Under the pieces are notes generated by a model. It made no database searches. It was not told the origin of the DNA and saw only the letters and a list, made by a program, of their open reading frames with translations. A program made the translations under genes and the position numbers. From the NCBI GenBank assembly GCA_050251875.1, contig JBFWMA010000001.1:32001-96000 (forward strand): a stretch of DNA of 64,000 nucleotides. Reading direction: 5' to 3'. This stretch comes from Deferribacterales bacterium. Its GTDB lineage: Bacteria > Chrysiogenota > Deferribacteres > Deferribacterales > Geovibrionaceae. Of this stretch, positions 54,976 to 64,000 are shown piece by piece; position 1 is the first letter of the stretch, and each line of letters begins with the position of its first letter.

Positions 54976-55921
54976 TAGAGAACACCTCGTTCTTCAGCCT
55001 GTTTTCCGTGAGAAAACGCACCGCCTCTTCCACAGACTGTATCTCCATGTCGTAGCGGCTGTCGATGGTCGCCGCTCCCATGTGGCAGGTCATTATCACG
55101 TTTTTCAGCTCCGTGAGCTTGCCGATGTAGGGTTCGTGGTTGAAAACGTCCACTCCCGCTCCGGCTATTATCTCCGCCGTCACAGCCTCATACAGATCGT
55201 CTTCGTTCACTATGCCGCCCCGTGCCGTATTTATCAGAAAGGCGTGCGGCTGCATCGTCCTCATGTCGGCGAGGGTGATGAAATCTCTGGTATCTTTTTT
55301 CAGCGGCAGGTTCACGCTGACTATATCGCTGTTTTTCAGCAGGGTCGCTTTGTCGGTATAGGTTATTTTTTCATTTCGCCCGAAGATTATGTCGGGGCTG
55401 ATATCGTGCGCCAGAATATTCACGTTGAATCCGGAGAGCATATGGGCGAGGCTTTTTCCTATCCGTCCCATGCCGATGATTCCTATGGTTTTGCCATAGA
55501 GGAGCATGCCCATGTGGCGCTTCCATTTTCCGCTTCTGATGAGATTGTCCGACTGGCTTATCTGTCTCGCCAGATCGAGCATCATACCCACACACAGTTC
55601 CGCCACAGCTGTTGTGGGGGCTTCAGGCGTGTATGCCACACGCACTCCGTACCGCCTGCACAACTCGAAATCCACTCCGTCCAGTCCGACACCCACACGG
55701 GATATCAGCTTCAGGTTGGGAGCGTTTTTGAAGACTTCTTCGGTGATATTCTCCGTTCCGGCGATTATCACGTCAGCGTCCTTCACCTCCTGCGCCAGCT
55801 CGGCGGAGGTCAGCTTACGCTCATAGCGGTTGAGCGCCACATCGATATTATGCTTTTTCAAAAGAGCCATGGGCTCCGGTGTTGTCTCTGAAAACGGGTG
55901 TGTGGATACGAATACCTTCAT
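54968..55921 (-). CDS. D-2-hydroxyacid dehydrogenase (phosphoglycerate-dehydrogenase-like)
   Basis: SRVGVGLD, GIIGMGRIG, INTARG, DVF..EP, H.GA. Confidence 0.92.
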   Translation of the reverse strand: MKVFVSTHPFSETTPEPMALLKKHNIDVALNRYERKLTSAELAQEVKDADVIIAGTENITEEVFKNAPNLKLISRVGVGLDGVDFELCRRYGVRVAYTPEAPTTAVAELCVGMMLDLARQISQSDNLIRSGKWKRHMGMLLYGKTIGIIGMGRIGKSLAHMLSGFNVNILAHDISPDIIFGRNEKITYTDKATLLKNSDIVSVNLPLKKDTRDFITLADMRTMQPHAFLINTARGGIVNEDDLYEAVTAEIIAGAGVDVFNHEPYIGKLTELKNVIMTCHMGAATIDSRYDMEIQSVEEAVRFLTENRLKNEVFSNE

Positions 55922-56674
55922 CTATTTTACCTTTGCCATTTCCTCTCTGGCTTTCTGCCCGAGGAAGAGGAAATCGAGGCTGAACGCCAGAAACGAATAG
56001 CCAAGATCTATTTTTTCTTTCAGTTTATCATATTCGGGGGCGATAACGTGGAAACCTAAGGGGAAATTCGCTTTTTTGCAGACTTCCTCCACTTTCATAA
56101 GAGCCTTTTTCACCTCGGGTCTGTCATATTCACCGGGGACGTTCATCGATCCGGAGAGGTCGTATGGTCCTACCATGATACCGTCTATGCCGGGGGTGGA
56201 TATGATCTCCTCCAGATTATTCACGGAGTCGATGTGCTCTACCTGGGCGATGATGACTGATTCATCGTTGAGCCACTGTTTATATTCGTCAAAACCTGTG
56301 CCGTATTTCTGCGCACGGGCGAGTCCCACGCCTCTTTTTCCCATGGGGGGATATTTTACATAGCGCACTGCCTGCTCGGCGTCTTCCCTGCTGTTCACCA
56401 TGGGGACGATTATCCCGTCAGCTCCGGCATCCATTATGCGTTTGATTATCACTTCCTCATTCTTGCTCACTCTCACCAGCGCCTTCATCCCCGCCGCCTG
56501 AATGTGCCCCATGAGGCTCTGCGCCATAGTGAGATCTATCACGCTGTGTTCCATGTCTATCGTCAGCCAGTCGAATCCGGCGGACGCCATGATCTCCACC
56601 ACGGACTGGTGACCGATGGTTACCCATGATCCCACGGTGAGTTCGTTGTTTTTCAGTTTCTGTTTCAGCGACAT
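55922..56674 (-). CDS. HpcH/HpaI-family pyruvate aldolase
   Basis: GFDW..IDMEH, LVRV, D.GA.G..VPMV, YPP.G.RG, Q.EH, GPYDLS. Confidence 0.93.
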   Translation of the reverse strand: MSLKQKLKNNELTVGSWVTIGHQSVVEIMASAGFDWLTIDMEHSVIDLTMAQSLMGHIQAAGMKALVRVSKNEEVIIKRIMDAGADGIIVPMVNSREDAEQAVRYVKYPPMGKRGVGLARAQKYGTGFDEYKQWLNDESVIIAQVEHIDSVNNLEEIISTPGIDGIMVGPYDLSGSMNVPGEYDRPEVKKALMKVEEVCKKANFPLGFHVIAPEYDKLKEKIDLGYSFLAFSLDFLFLGQKAREEMAKVK

Positions 56675-56676
56675 CT

Positions 56677-57822
56677 TTAAGCCCCTTTGTATCTGGAATT
56701 TATACTTGCCAGATATGATCTGTTGAGTGATATGTATTTTCTGCCCTGCGCCTCTCCGAACCGGAAGAGGTTTTCGGTCATATTGTCGTGATTATTCTGA
56801 TATTCTACATAATTTCTGTCCCTGAAGAAAGAGGGATGTGCGTCCACCACCGTCTGCATCAGGGAATCATACTGAACGGAGCTGTTGTGCTTCCAGAACA
56901 TACTGTCGTTGGGGCTTCTGCCGTCCGCTCCCAGCAGATAGACGTCTCTGCACATGGCTGACGCCAGAGGCAGCATGAGATATGTGAGTATGTTGTCGGT
57001 GACTTTCACCGTCAGGTCGCTGTGGGAGGGCAGGTTGAATTCCGGGTTTCTGCCTATGCCTATCAGCCTGTTTTTAAGCGCAGGGTAGTGTGCCAGCATC
57101 AGCGGCATCATATTTTCCGGAACGGCGACATATGTGCCGTATTTTTCCACTGTTTTCAGCACGTCTCTGCGGAAGTTGACGGCGTATCTGTTATAGCTGA
57201 AGTGATATACCGGGTCGGCGAAAACGAGAATATCCGGACGGATATATTCCATGAACTCATCATTCTTCACCACACTGTTGCAGATGATCTTCACCATGCC
57301 CCTCAGCTCGGGATATTCTCTGTATTTTGAAAAGGATTCCCCGGTGAGAAAACAGCAGGCGCTCTCTTTGTGCGAGAGCTCTTCCGTCATGCGGATGAAA
57401 TTCTCTTCGGAGATGTGCCTGAATACGTCCGTGCTGTCCATCGCCATGCCGTAAAGGTAGCTCCATGAGGTGCATTCCTCCGTGTCGTAAAAATCCGGAT
57501 CGACAACGATGCTTCTGTGCAGCCGGAAAAGGTTTTTTATTATGCATGCCTTGCTGGATATCAGAAAGATATCCGCCTCCGTCTCTTTGTTTATAAAAAC
57601 ATTCGGCGGCGTGTCGGCTGTGTATTTTGATCTGACATAAAAATTGACCGTGTCGGGAGCGTACCATCTGACCTTCGTGATGAAATCGTTCAGCTTCTCC
57701 TGATTCAGGCGGCAAGTCACCTGAACATCTCTGAAACCGGACGGAGTGTGATATCCGGTAAGGTTTTTCAGAAGTTTTTTGACAACTCTGTAAAACAGCC
57801 AGAGAAGACGGTTGAAGGTCAT
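56677..57822 (-). CDS. Hypothetical protein with a C-terminal DUF115/sialyltransferase-like region
   Basis: LTGES, ICNS, DPVYHF, LPLA......YLLGADG pattern parallels the 47466 protein. Confidence 0.5.
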   Translation of the reverse strand: MTFNRLLWLFYRVVKKLLKNLTGYHTPSGFRDVQVTCRLNQEKLNDFITKVRWYAPDTVNFYVRSKYTADTPPNVFINKETEADIFLISSKACIIKNLFRLHRSIVVDPDFYDTEECTSWSYLYGMAMDSTDVFRHISEENFIRMTEELSHKESACCFLTGESFSKYREYPELRGMVKIICNSVVKNDEFMEYIRPDILVFADPVYHFSYNRYAVNFRRDVLKTVEKYGTYVAVPENMMPLMLAHYPALKNRLIGIGRNPEFNLPSHSDLTVKVTDNILTYLMLPLASAMCRDVYLLGADGRSPNDSMFWKHNSSVQYDSLMQTVVDAHPSFFRDRNYVEYQNNHDNMTENLFRFGEAQGRKYISLNRSYLASINSRYKGA

Positions 57823-58496
57823 TTAGAGTGCCTCTTGATATAGAGCAGCTCCGCCAGTTCGAAATCCTCCGGCTCGTCTATGTCCACCGCCTCCAGCTTG
57901 TTCATCTCATACATGGCGGGGGTGAGCCCGATGCGTTTATTGCCGGAGCCGGCGAATGATTCTTTTGAAAAGATAAAGAAGTTCGAGTTCTCTTCATAAA
58001 CAGGGGGGAGATCCTGAGTTCTAAGAAGCTCTTTCGGGTTGTGGTTAACAGGTTTTCCGTCCTGCCAGTAAAGGCGTGTCTGAAGACGTGTGACGGAGAA
58101 GACGGAATCGTATGTATTCAGACTGCCGAAGAAAAAATCTATGGCTTTGTCTATTGTTTCCGGATTCACCAGAGGGTTTGTGCTGTGGGTCTGCATGAAA
58201 AACTGCCCGTCCAGCTTAGACAGGTCGTATCCGATGATGTCGTTCATCGCCACAAAATCTCCCTGTATCTCCACCGGTCTGTCGATTATCTCCACTCTGT
58301 CGAAATTTTTCAGAGCGTCTTCTTTAATCACGGAACTGTCTGTGTTGATAACCACTTTGTCTATATTTTTACATTTCAGCAGAGTCTTCATCACGGCGTG
58401 GTAGAGGGGAGCGCCGGCGAAATCTCTCATGTTCTTGTTGGATACTCTTTCGGAATGTCCCTTCATGGGCAGAAGGGCGGTAACTTTTTTCTGCAT
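57819..58496 (-). CDS. Acylneuraminate (CMP-ulosonate) cytidylyltransferase family protein
   Basis: LP.KG.SERV.NKN.R, NTDS, THSTNPL, RTQDL...YEENS, DIDE..DF. Confidence 0.9.
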   Translation of the reverse strand: MQKKVTALLPMKGHSERVSNKNMRDFAGAPLYHAVMKTLLKCKNIDKVVINTDSSVIKEDALKNFDRVEIIDRPVEIQGDFVAMNDIIGYDLSKLDGQFFMQTHSTNPLVNPETIDKAIDFFFGSLNTYDSVFSVTRLQTRLYWQDGKPVNHNPKELLRTQDLPPVYEENSNFFIFSKESFAGSGNKRIGLTPAMYEMNKLEAVDIDEPEDFELAELLYIKRHSK

Positions 58497-58608
58497 ATCA
58501 CCACCGCTTGTATTTAATTAAAATGTCATAGTACCGCTTTATTATAACTGCAACAGATTTTTATTGATATTTTATTTAATAGGGATGATATATTTTCCAG
58601 GGGGAAAT

Positions 58609-59100
58609 ATGGCCGTAATAACAAATTTACAAAAGATCAGAAATTTTCAGCTGGGGGACGCTGTCGCCGCCTATCTGGACGAGCTAGTCAATGCCGACTC
58701 CGCCGCCGTGAAGAGGATTTTTGCCCTTGAGGCGCCGTCATTCGTCAGGCACGACATCACGGACAATATATTTGCCATCGAGCAGAGTTTCTTTACCAAA
58801 GACAGGGAGAACTGTTTTTTCGAATCCCACAGAAAATTCGCCGATATCCAGATAGTGCTGAAAGGCAGGGAGCGCATAGAGCTCATGAACATAAACGATC
58901 TGAGCATAGACGAGAGCTATGACGCCGGAAAAGATCTGGTGACATACAAAATAGGCGACACCGGACACCACCTGAACATGCTGGGCGGAAGCGCCGCTGT
59001 GTTCTATCCGGAAGACGCTCATATGTGCGTGGTTAGGGCAGGAGCGCCCGAGAGAGTCTACAAAACTGTGCTGAAAGTCCCTGTGGATATGCTAAAGTGA
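58609..59100 (+). CDS. YhcH/YjgK/YiaL (NanQ-like) cupin protein
   Basis: FESHRKFADIQ..L.G.E, YD...D, FYPEDAH, K.V.KV. Confidence 0.9.
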   Translation: MAVITNLQKIRNFQLGDAVAAYLDELVNADSAAVKRIFALEAPSFVRHDITDNIFAIEQSFFTKDRENCFFESHRKFADIQIVLKGRERIELMNINDLSIDESYDAGKDLVTYKIGDTGHHLNMLGGSAAVFYPEDAHMCVVRAGAPERVYKTVLKVPVDMLK

Positions 59101-60168
59101 CAGAATCTTTTCATAGAAGGCTTTTGTTTCGTTAAAACATCTGTCCCATGAGAACATGGCGGCATGGGCAAAACCCTTCCTGACGATTTCGTCCCTGTGT
59201 CCGCCCCTTTTCAGCCTGTCTATGGCGTCTGAAAAGCCCTCCGGAGATATTTCGTCCACCAGAACTCCTCCGTCTCCGGCTGATTCCGGCAGGGAAGATG
59301 TGTTGGAGGCTATGGCGGGACATCCGCATTTCATCGCTTCCAGAACCGGTATGCCGAATCCTTCATACAGTGACGGATACAGCAGGCACAGAGACACGGA
59401 ATAGATGTCTCTCATGGTGTCGTTGGATATGAACCCGAATTTACGGTATCTGTCTTTCAGATGCTTTTCCAGCAGTATTTTTTCTTTCTCATTCAGCTCT
59501 TTTCCGCCAAGAATCAGCAGGAAACATCCCGACATGGCGCTGGCTGTCACAGCCGTCTCAAAATTTTTATACCCGCCCCTTTCGCCCACAAAGACGGTAA
59601 AAGTATCGTCCGGCAGGTTGAGCGAATTTCTCAGCTCCAGCCTTGTCCTGACAGACGGGGTGAAGCCCCCGCTGACGCCGTTGTGTATCACGGTTATCCT
59701 TTCCTCCGGCGTTTTCGGAAAGAAGCGCAGAAGATCTCTCTTCGTGTTTTCGGATATGCAGATGATGCCGTCGGCGTTCTTTACGGCGTGGCGCTTCTGG
59801 GTGGTGTGCACCAGTCTTCTCAGCCCTTTGAAAAGATGCTCATAGGTGAAATCATGGACGGTGATGATCTTTTTTATTTTTTTATTGGTCAGGTCTCTAT
59901 AATAGCTGGAATGAAAAACAGCGGGCGTCTCCACATCTATACTCAGCGGCAGATATCTGGACATTATCAGGGGCAGATCGGGCTCATATATAATATTTTC
60001 CGATGGGATGCTGAAGGATTCCCTGACTTTGTTTCCGCAGGCGCCCAGTCTTTCGATGAATCTGGCATCGTCCGTTTCCAGAAGACGCATGGACAGTTCG
60101 TGCCAGTATCTGCTGATTCCGCCTGAATTCTGCAAAAAGTAGATGATGTTGTCATAGTATATTTTCAT
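59092..60168 (-). CDS. Glycosyltransferase family 4
   Basis: GGISRY, HSSYY, TVHD, R.GYKNF, YPSLYEGFGIPVLEAM.CG.P. The likely start is MKIYYD at 60168. Confidence 0.92.
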   Translation of the reverse strand: MKIYYDNIIYFLQNSGGISRYWHELSMRLLETDDARFIERLGACGNKVRESFSIPSENIIYEPDLPLIMSRYLPLSIDVETPAVFHSSYYRDLTNKKIKKIITVHDFTYEHLFKGLRRLVHTTQKRHAVKNADGIICISENTKRDLLRFFPKTPEERITVIHNGVSGGFTPSVRTRLELRNSLNLPDDTFTVFVGERGGYKNFETAVTASAMSGCFLLILGGKELNEKEKILLEKHLKDRYRKFGFISNDTMRDIYSVSLCLLYPSLYEGFGIPVLEAMKCGCPAIASNTSSLPESAGDGGVLVDEISPEGFSDAIDRLKRGGHRDEIVRKGFAHAAMFSWDRCFNETKAFYEKILSL

Positions 60169-60325
60169 ACAACAGAAATATAGCATGAATCCGAACAAAA
60201 TTAAGCTGAAATAATGTTGCAGACGTGAGTTTTTCAAATATAAACAATAACTTAAATTGAAATCAAATTGACAGGCAGGAGGTAATCATTTAAAAGAAAA
60301 GATTATCTTTTTTTGAGGCGTTTTT

Positions 60326-61486
60326 TTGAGCAGACAAAACACAAAAATAAATAAAGACGACTGCATCCTCGTTGCCGGAGCCACAGGGCTTGTCGGTTCA
60401 GCCATTGTGCGTGAACTGGCGGAGAGGGGATACACCAACATTGTCGGAACATATTATTCAAAAAAACCGGCACCGGTATTTAAGAACTATCTGGCGGATT
60501 ATAGTTCACTGGTGAAGTCAAAAAAAATCAGAATGATGAAGGTCGATCTGACTAATCAGAAGCAGACCATTAATATGTTTGATAAAATTCGTCCGGCTTG
60601 TGTTCTGGACAGCGCCGCCAGAGTGGGCGGAATATATGCCAACAATACATACAGAGCGGATTTCATCTATGAAAATCTGCGTATTCAGAACAACCTGATA
60701 CACTATTCATACGAATTTGACGTGAAAAAACTCCTGTTTCTGGGAAGCAGCTGTATCTATCCCAAGCACGCTCCACAGCCCATAACAGAATCAGCCCTTC
60801 TGACCGGAGAGCTGGAATACACCAACGAACCCTATGCCGTGGCGAAGATCGCCGGGCTGAGGCTTTGCGAGAGCTATTATATCCAGCACGGGTGCAACTT
60901 TATCTCGCTGATGCCCACCAACCTTTACGGATATAACGACAACTATGATCTGAAGGGATCTCATGTTATCCCCGCTCTGATACGCAAGATACATCTGGCG
61001 TCTCTGCTGGAACAGGACGATATGAAAGCCCTGACCGACAATCTGAAGCACGACTGCGATGCTCCGGACTGTATGGAGTTTCTGAAGAAACTGGGAATAG
61101 AGAAGAAAGACGGCAAGGTCGTCCTGAGCCTGTGGGGAACAGGCAAGCCGCTCAGAGAGTTCATGCATGTGGACGACATGGCGGACGCCGCCTGCTTCAT
61201 CATGGAGAATATAAACGCCTGGGACATGGGCGACAGAAACGGTCAGTACCGCAACGCCCATATCAATATAGGTTCCGGTGACGAAGTCACCATCGGCAAA
61301 GTGGCGGATATGATCAGGGATATCGCCGGATTCAACGGCGAGCTGCGCTTCAACCCGCTGATGCCTGACGGCACGCCGAGAAAACTTCTGGACTGCTCAC
61401 GCCTGCACAGTATGGGATTCTGTCATAAGATAAGTCTGGAGGAAGGTCTCCGATCTGCCTATGCCGACTATCTGAGCCGCATCTGA
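60326..61486 (+). CDS. fcl: GDP-L-fucose synthase
   Basis: GATGLVGSAI, AARVGGI.AN, LGSSCIYP, YAVAKIAG, MPTNLYG, SHVIPAL, WGTG.PLREF, DG.PRK. Confidence 0.95.
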   Translation: MSRQNTKINKDDCILVAGATGLVGSAIVRELAERGYTNIVGTYYSKKPAPVFKNYLADYSSLVKSKKIRMMKVDLTNQKQTINMFDKIRPACVLDSAARVGGIYANNTYRADFIYENLRIQNNLIHYSYEFDVKKLLFLGSSCIYPKHAPQPITESALLTGELEYTNEPYAVAKIAGLRLCESYYIQHGCNFISLMPTNLYGYNDNYDLKGSHVIPALIRKIHLASLLEQDDMKALTDNLKHDCDAPDCMEFLKKLGIEKKDGKVVLSLWGTGKPLREFMHVDDMADAACFIMENINAWDMGDRNGQYRNAHINIGSGDEVTIGKVADMIRDIAGFNGELRFNPLMPDGTPRKLLDCSRLHSMGFCHKISLEEGLRSAYADYLSRI

Positions 61487-62259
61487 TGCCTCTGCTATCC
61501 ATCGTTACGATAGTCAGAAACCATAAAGAAGGTCTTCTAAAAACAATTCACAGTGTCACTTCACAGCATTTTTCAGACTATGAGTATATCGTGGTTGACG
61601 GAGCGTCTGATGACGGCACTCTGGATGTGATAAATGAACACAAAAATATCTTTGCCGCAATCCTTTACGGACCGGATGGTGGGATATATGACGCCATGAA
61701 CAAAGGGCTTGCGAAAGCCCGCGGCGAATATATTATTTTCATGAATGCCGGAGACATCTTCGCTCATGAATATTCTCTGAAAGACGTGTTCGAAAAAGTG
61801 AAAGACAATCCGGACGTGATATACGGCGACTATACGGTGAATTACGGATATATGAAGAGATATGTCAGAGGGCACAGACTGAAAGACATATGGAAAGGGA
61901 TGCTCACGTCTCATCAGGCGCATCTGGTTCGCGCGTCCATGGCGGCGGAGTCCGGTTTTAACTGTGACCTGCGTCTGGGGGCGGATTTTGACATGATCTA
62001 CCGTCTGTATAAAGAGAAGAGAACGTTTCAGTATATCCCCTGTGAGATAGCCGTTACGGAACCCGGCGGACTGTCGGACAAAAAGAGGCTGACAGTCTAT
62101 AAAAACCATCTGGACACCATAAGCCGATACGGAATAAACCCGTGGCAGTTCGTCTATTATATCTATTCGTTTATAAACGCGGCGGCGAGGCTGTGGCTGA
62201 AAAAAATTCTGCCCGACTCTATGGTTAGAAAGATCATTAAGATGAAAGTGGACAGATAG
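61486..62259 (+). CDS. Glycosyltransferase family 2 (WcaE-like, possible fucosyltransferase)
   Basis: SIVT, VDGASDDGT, D.GIYDAMNKG, FMNAGD, HQA, ADFD. Confidence 0.9.
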   Translation: MPLLSIVTIVRNHKEGLLKTIHSVTSQHFSDYEYIVVDGASDDGTLDVINEHKNIFAAILYGPDGGIYDAMNKGLAKARGEYIIFMNAGDIFAHEYSLKDVFEKVKDNPDVIYGDYTVNYGYMKRYVRGHRLKDIWKGMLTSHQAHLVRASMAAESGFNCDLRLGADFDMIYRLYKEKRTFQYIPCEIAVTEPGGLSDKKRLTVYKNHLDTISRYGINPWQFVYYIYSFINAAARLWLKKILPDSMVRKIIKMKVDR

Positions 62260-64000
62260 ATGGCTATAAAATACAGGCAGGACATAGACGGTCTTCGCAC
62301 GATGGCGATTCTCCCGGTGATATTTTATCACGCCGGGATGAATATTTTCTCCGGCGGATATGTGGGCGTGGATATCTTCTTTGTGATATCAGGTTACCTC
62401 ATCACATCCATCATAGTGAAAGAGCTGAACGATGACAGATTCACCATAGCGAACTTCTATGTCAGGCGAGTTAAGCGTATCTTTCCGGCTCTCTATTTTC
62501 TTCTTAGTTTTACATTCATATTATCATTTTTCAGCCTGATGCCCGCACACTTCGAGGCGTTCGGCAAGAGTGTTGTTTCCACTGTTCTCTTCAGCTCGAA
62601 TATACTGTTCTGGAGCGAGAGCGGCTATTTCGAATCAGCTGCTGAGACCAAGCCCCTGCTCCATACATGGTCGCTGGGGGTAGAGGAACAGTTCTATATC
62701 TTTTTCCCCGTGATACTGATGCTGGTGGCGAGATACGGCAGTAAGAAATACATCCGCTGGGCGCTTGGCATATTTATAATCTCTCTTGGTTTCAGCGTGT
62801 GGTCTGCCTCGGCTCATCCGGAGGCAGGATTCTATCTTATTCCGTTCAGGTCGTGGGAGCTGATGATCGGCGCTCTGATAGCGCTGGGATTCTATTATAA
62901 GACCGACAAGCCTCTGCATAAACATATCATGTCCGTTACTGGATTTGTGATGCTCCTTATGAGCATATTTATGTTTGATAAATCCACTCCGTTTCCCAGC
63001 TACAGAGCTCTTCTGCCCTGTGTGGGAACGGCGCTTATAATAATCAGCGAGGGAGGTATAATCAACCGTGCTCTTAGCTGGCGACCTATAGTGTGGATAG
63101 GTCTTCTTTCTTATTCACTTTATCTGTGGCACTGGGTTCTTTTCGCTCTCAGAAATTACTGGGAGAACGTGCATATTCCGGAGTTCTATAAATCTAACCT
63201 TTTTCTGATATTCCTTACGTTCGCTTTCGCCTCCTTTTCATATTATGTGGTGGAGAAACCCTTAAGGGTGGCGAAGATTCAGCGGAAGAGACTGTTTTTC
63301 AGCGTGACGTTCGCCGTTATGGCTGTGTTCACTCTGATAGGCGGATACACTGCCTATGACAAGGGTATGCCCGGAAGGATTCCGGCGGAAGTTTCAAAGA
63401 TAAGTCATGTTCCCGACAGCGGGTTCAAAAATAAAAAATGTTATGAACTCACAGCAGATGAGATAAAAGAAGGCAGAATGTGCCTGCTGGGCGATTCCGG
63501 CAGAAAACCTGATTTTATCCTGTGGGGGGATTCCCACGCTCTGGCGCTCAGTGACGGTATCAATTCCTTCGCTAAGAGCGAGAGCAAGAGCGGATATTTT
63601 GCCTCCAATTCGTCCTGTCCGCCGCTTCTGGGGCTGAAAAGCACCGACAGGTCGAAAACCGACAGGTGCGAGTCTTTCAAACAGGCTGTGGCGGAGAGGA
63701 TAGCGTCTGACGATTCCGTCAGAAAAGTTCTGCTGGTGTGCCGCTGGCAGGAATATACAAAAACCGGATATGGGCTGGCTCAGCTCGAAAAATCCCTGGC
63801 GGACACTCTGGACAGGCTGAAAGGAAAAGACGTCTATTTTGTTCTGGATAACGCCGAGGCGGATTTCGATGTACCCAGAGAGCTGGCGAAATTTCTGTTG
63901 TTAAAGGCGAAACTCCCGGCGCTGGCACCCTCTAAGGCACCATACGCCTCCGAGGCGGAATATCTGGAAAGAAACGGCGGGATGATGAAAATGCTCGAAA
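62260..64000 (+). CDS. O-acetyltransferase, AT3-SGNH (OafA/OatA-like); 3'-truncated by the window edge and absent from the ORF track
   Basis: Manual translation gives MAIKYRQDIDGLR, GG.VGVDIFFVISGYLIT, FY.RR.KRI, HTWSLGVEEQFY, SYSLYLWHW and SGNH WGDSHA. Confidence 0.93.
   Translation, partial: MAIKYRQDIDGLRTMAILPVIFYHAGMNIFSGGYVGVDIFFVISGYLITSIIVKELNDDRFTIANFYVRRVKRIFPALYFLLSFTFILSFFSLMPAHFEAFGKSVVSTVLFSSNILFWSESGYFESAAETKPLLHTWSLGVEEQFYIFFPVILMLVARYGSKKYIRWALGIFIISLGFSVWSASAHPEAGFYLIPFRSWELMIGALIALGFYYKTDKPLHKHIMSVTGFVMLLMSIFMFDKSTPFPSYRALLPCVGTALIIISEGGIINRALSWRPIVWIGLLSYSLYLWHWVLFALRNYWENVHIPEFYKSNLFLIFLTFAFASFSYYVVEKPLRVAKIQRKRLFFSVTFAVMAVFTLIGGYTAYDKGMPGRIPAEVSKISHVPDSGFKNKKCYELTADEIKEGRMCLLGDSGRKPDFILWGDSHALALSDGINSFAKSESKSGYFASNSSCPPLLGLKSTDRSKTDRCESFKQAVAERIASDDSVRKVLLVCRWQEYTKTGYGLAQLEKSLADTLDRLKGKDVYFVLDNAEADFDVPRELAKFLLLKAKLPALAPSKAPYASEAEYLERNGGMMKMLE

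Noticed and set aside
60326..61486. fcl internal insertion and missing adjacent gmd as a novelty
   Set aside because: Insert-bearing Fcl variants are common, the catalytic motifs are intact, and gmd may lie outside the window.

Overview
A 64-kb bacterial chromosome segment, mostly core genome, ending in a surface-polysaccharide locus. Gene content and style suggest an anaerobic respirer, plausibly Deferribacterota (inference, not verified). Order: partial M16 peptidase; a stand-alone dnaA; dapL, a CDF transporter, yybS and rpsR-ssb-rpsF with an S6:S18 leader; yjgN, an M48 peptidase and rluD; a 14-gene nuoA-N operon with a HydABC/Bfu-like NuoEFG module plus a ferritin-like gene; three envelope hypotheticals; def, dciA, obgE, rpmA, rplU; rpmH-rnpA-yidD-yidC-jag, a YHS protein, tal and phzF; an orphan sensor kinase; a split, diverged glutamate-synthase-like trio; a small accessory patch (CII-like HTH, Cas2-fold-like protein, structured ncRNA candidate, lipase-like protein); and a Wzm/Wzt polysaccharide locus with an unusual aldolase/cytidylyltransferase sugar pathway, followed by fcl, a GT2 and a partial O-acetyltransferase. 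Main observations: (1) a dispersed 90-130 nt 3'-UTR element in four copies whose stems covary while GGA loops are conserved, resembling CsrA/RsmA-binding RNAs; (2) a complex I with electron-bifurcation signatures; (3) two genes apparently starting at non-canonical codons overlapping the upstream stop; (4) a NeuB/KdsA-independent candidate ulosonic-acid pathway. I saw no rRNA, tRNA, CRISPR array or transposase. All family calls come from motif recognition by eye, not database searches.
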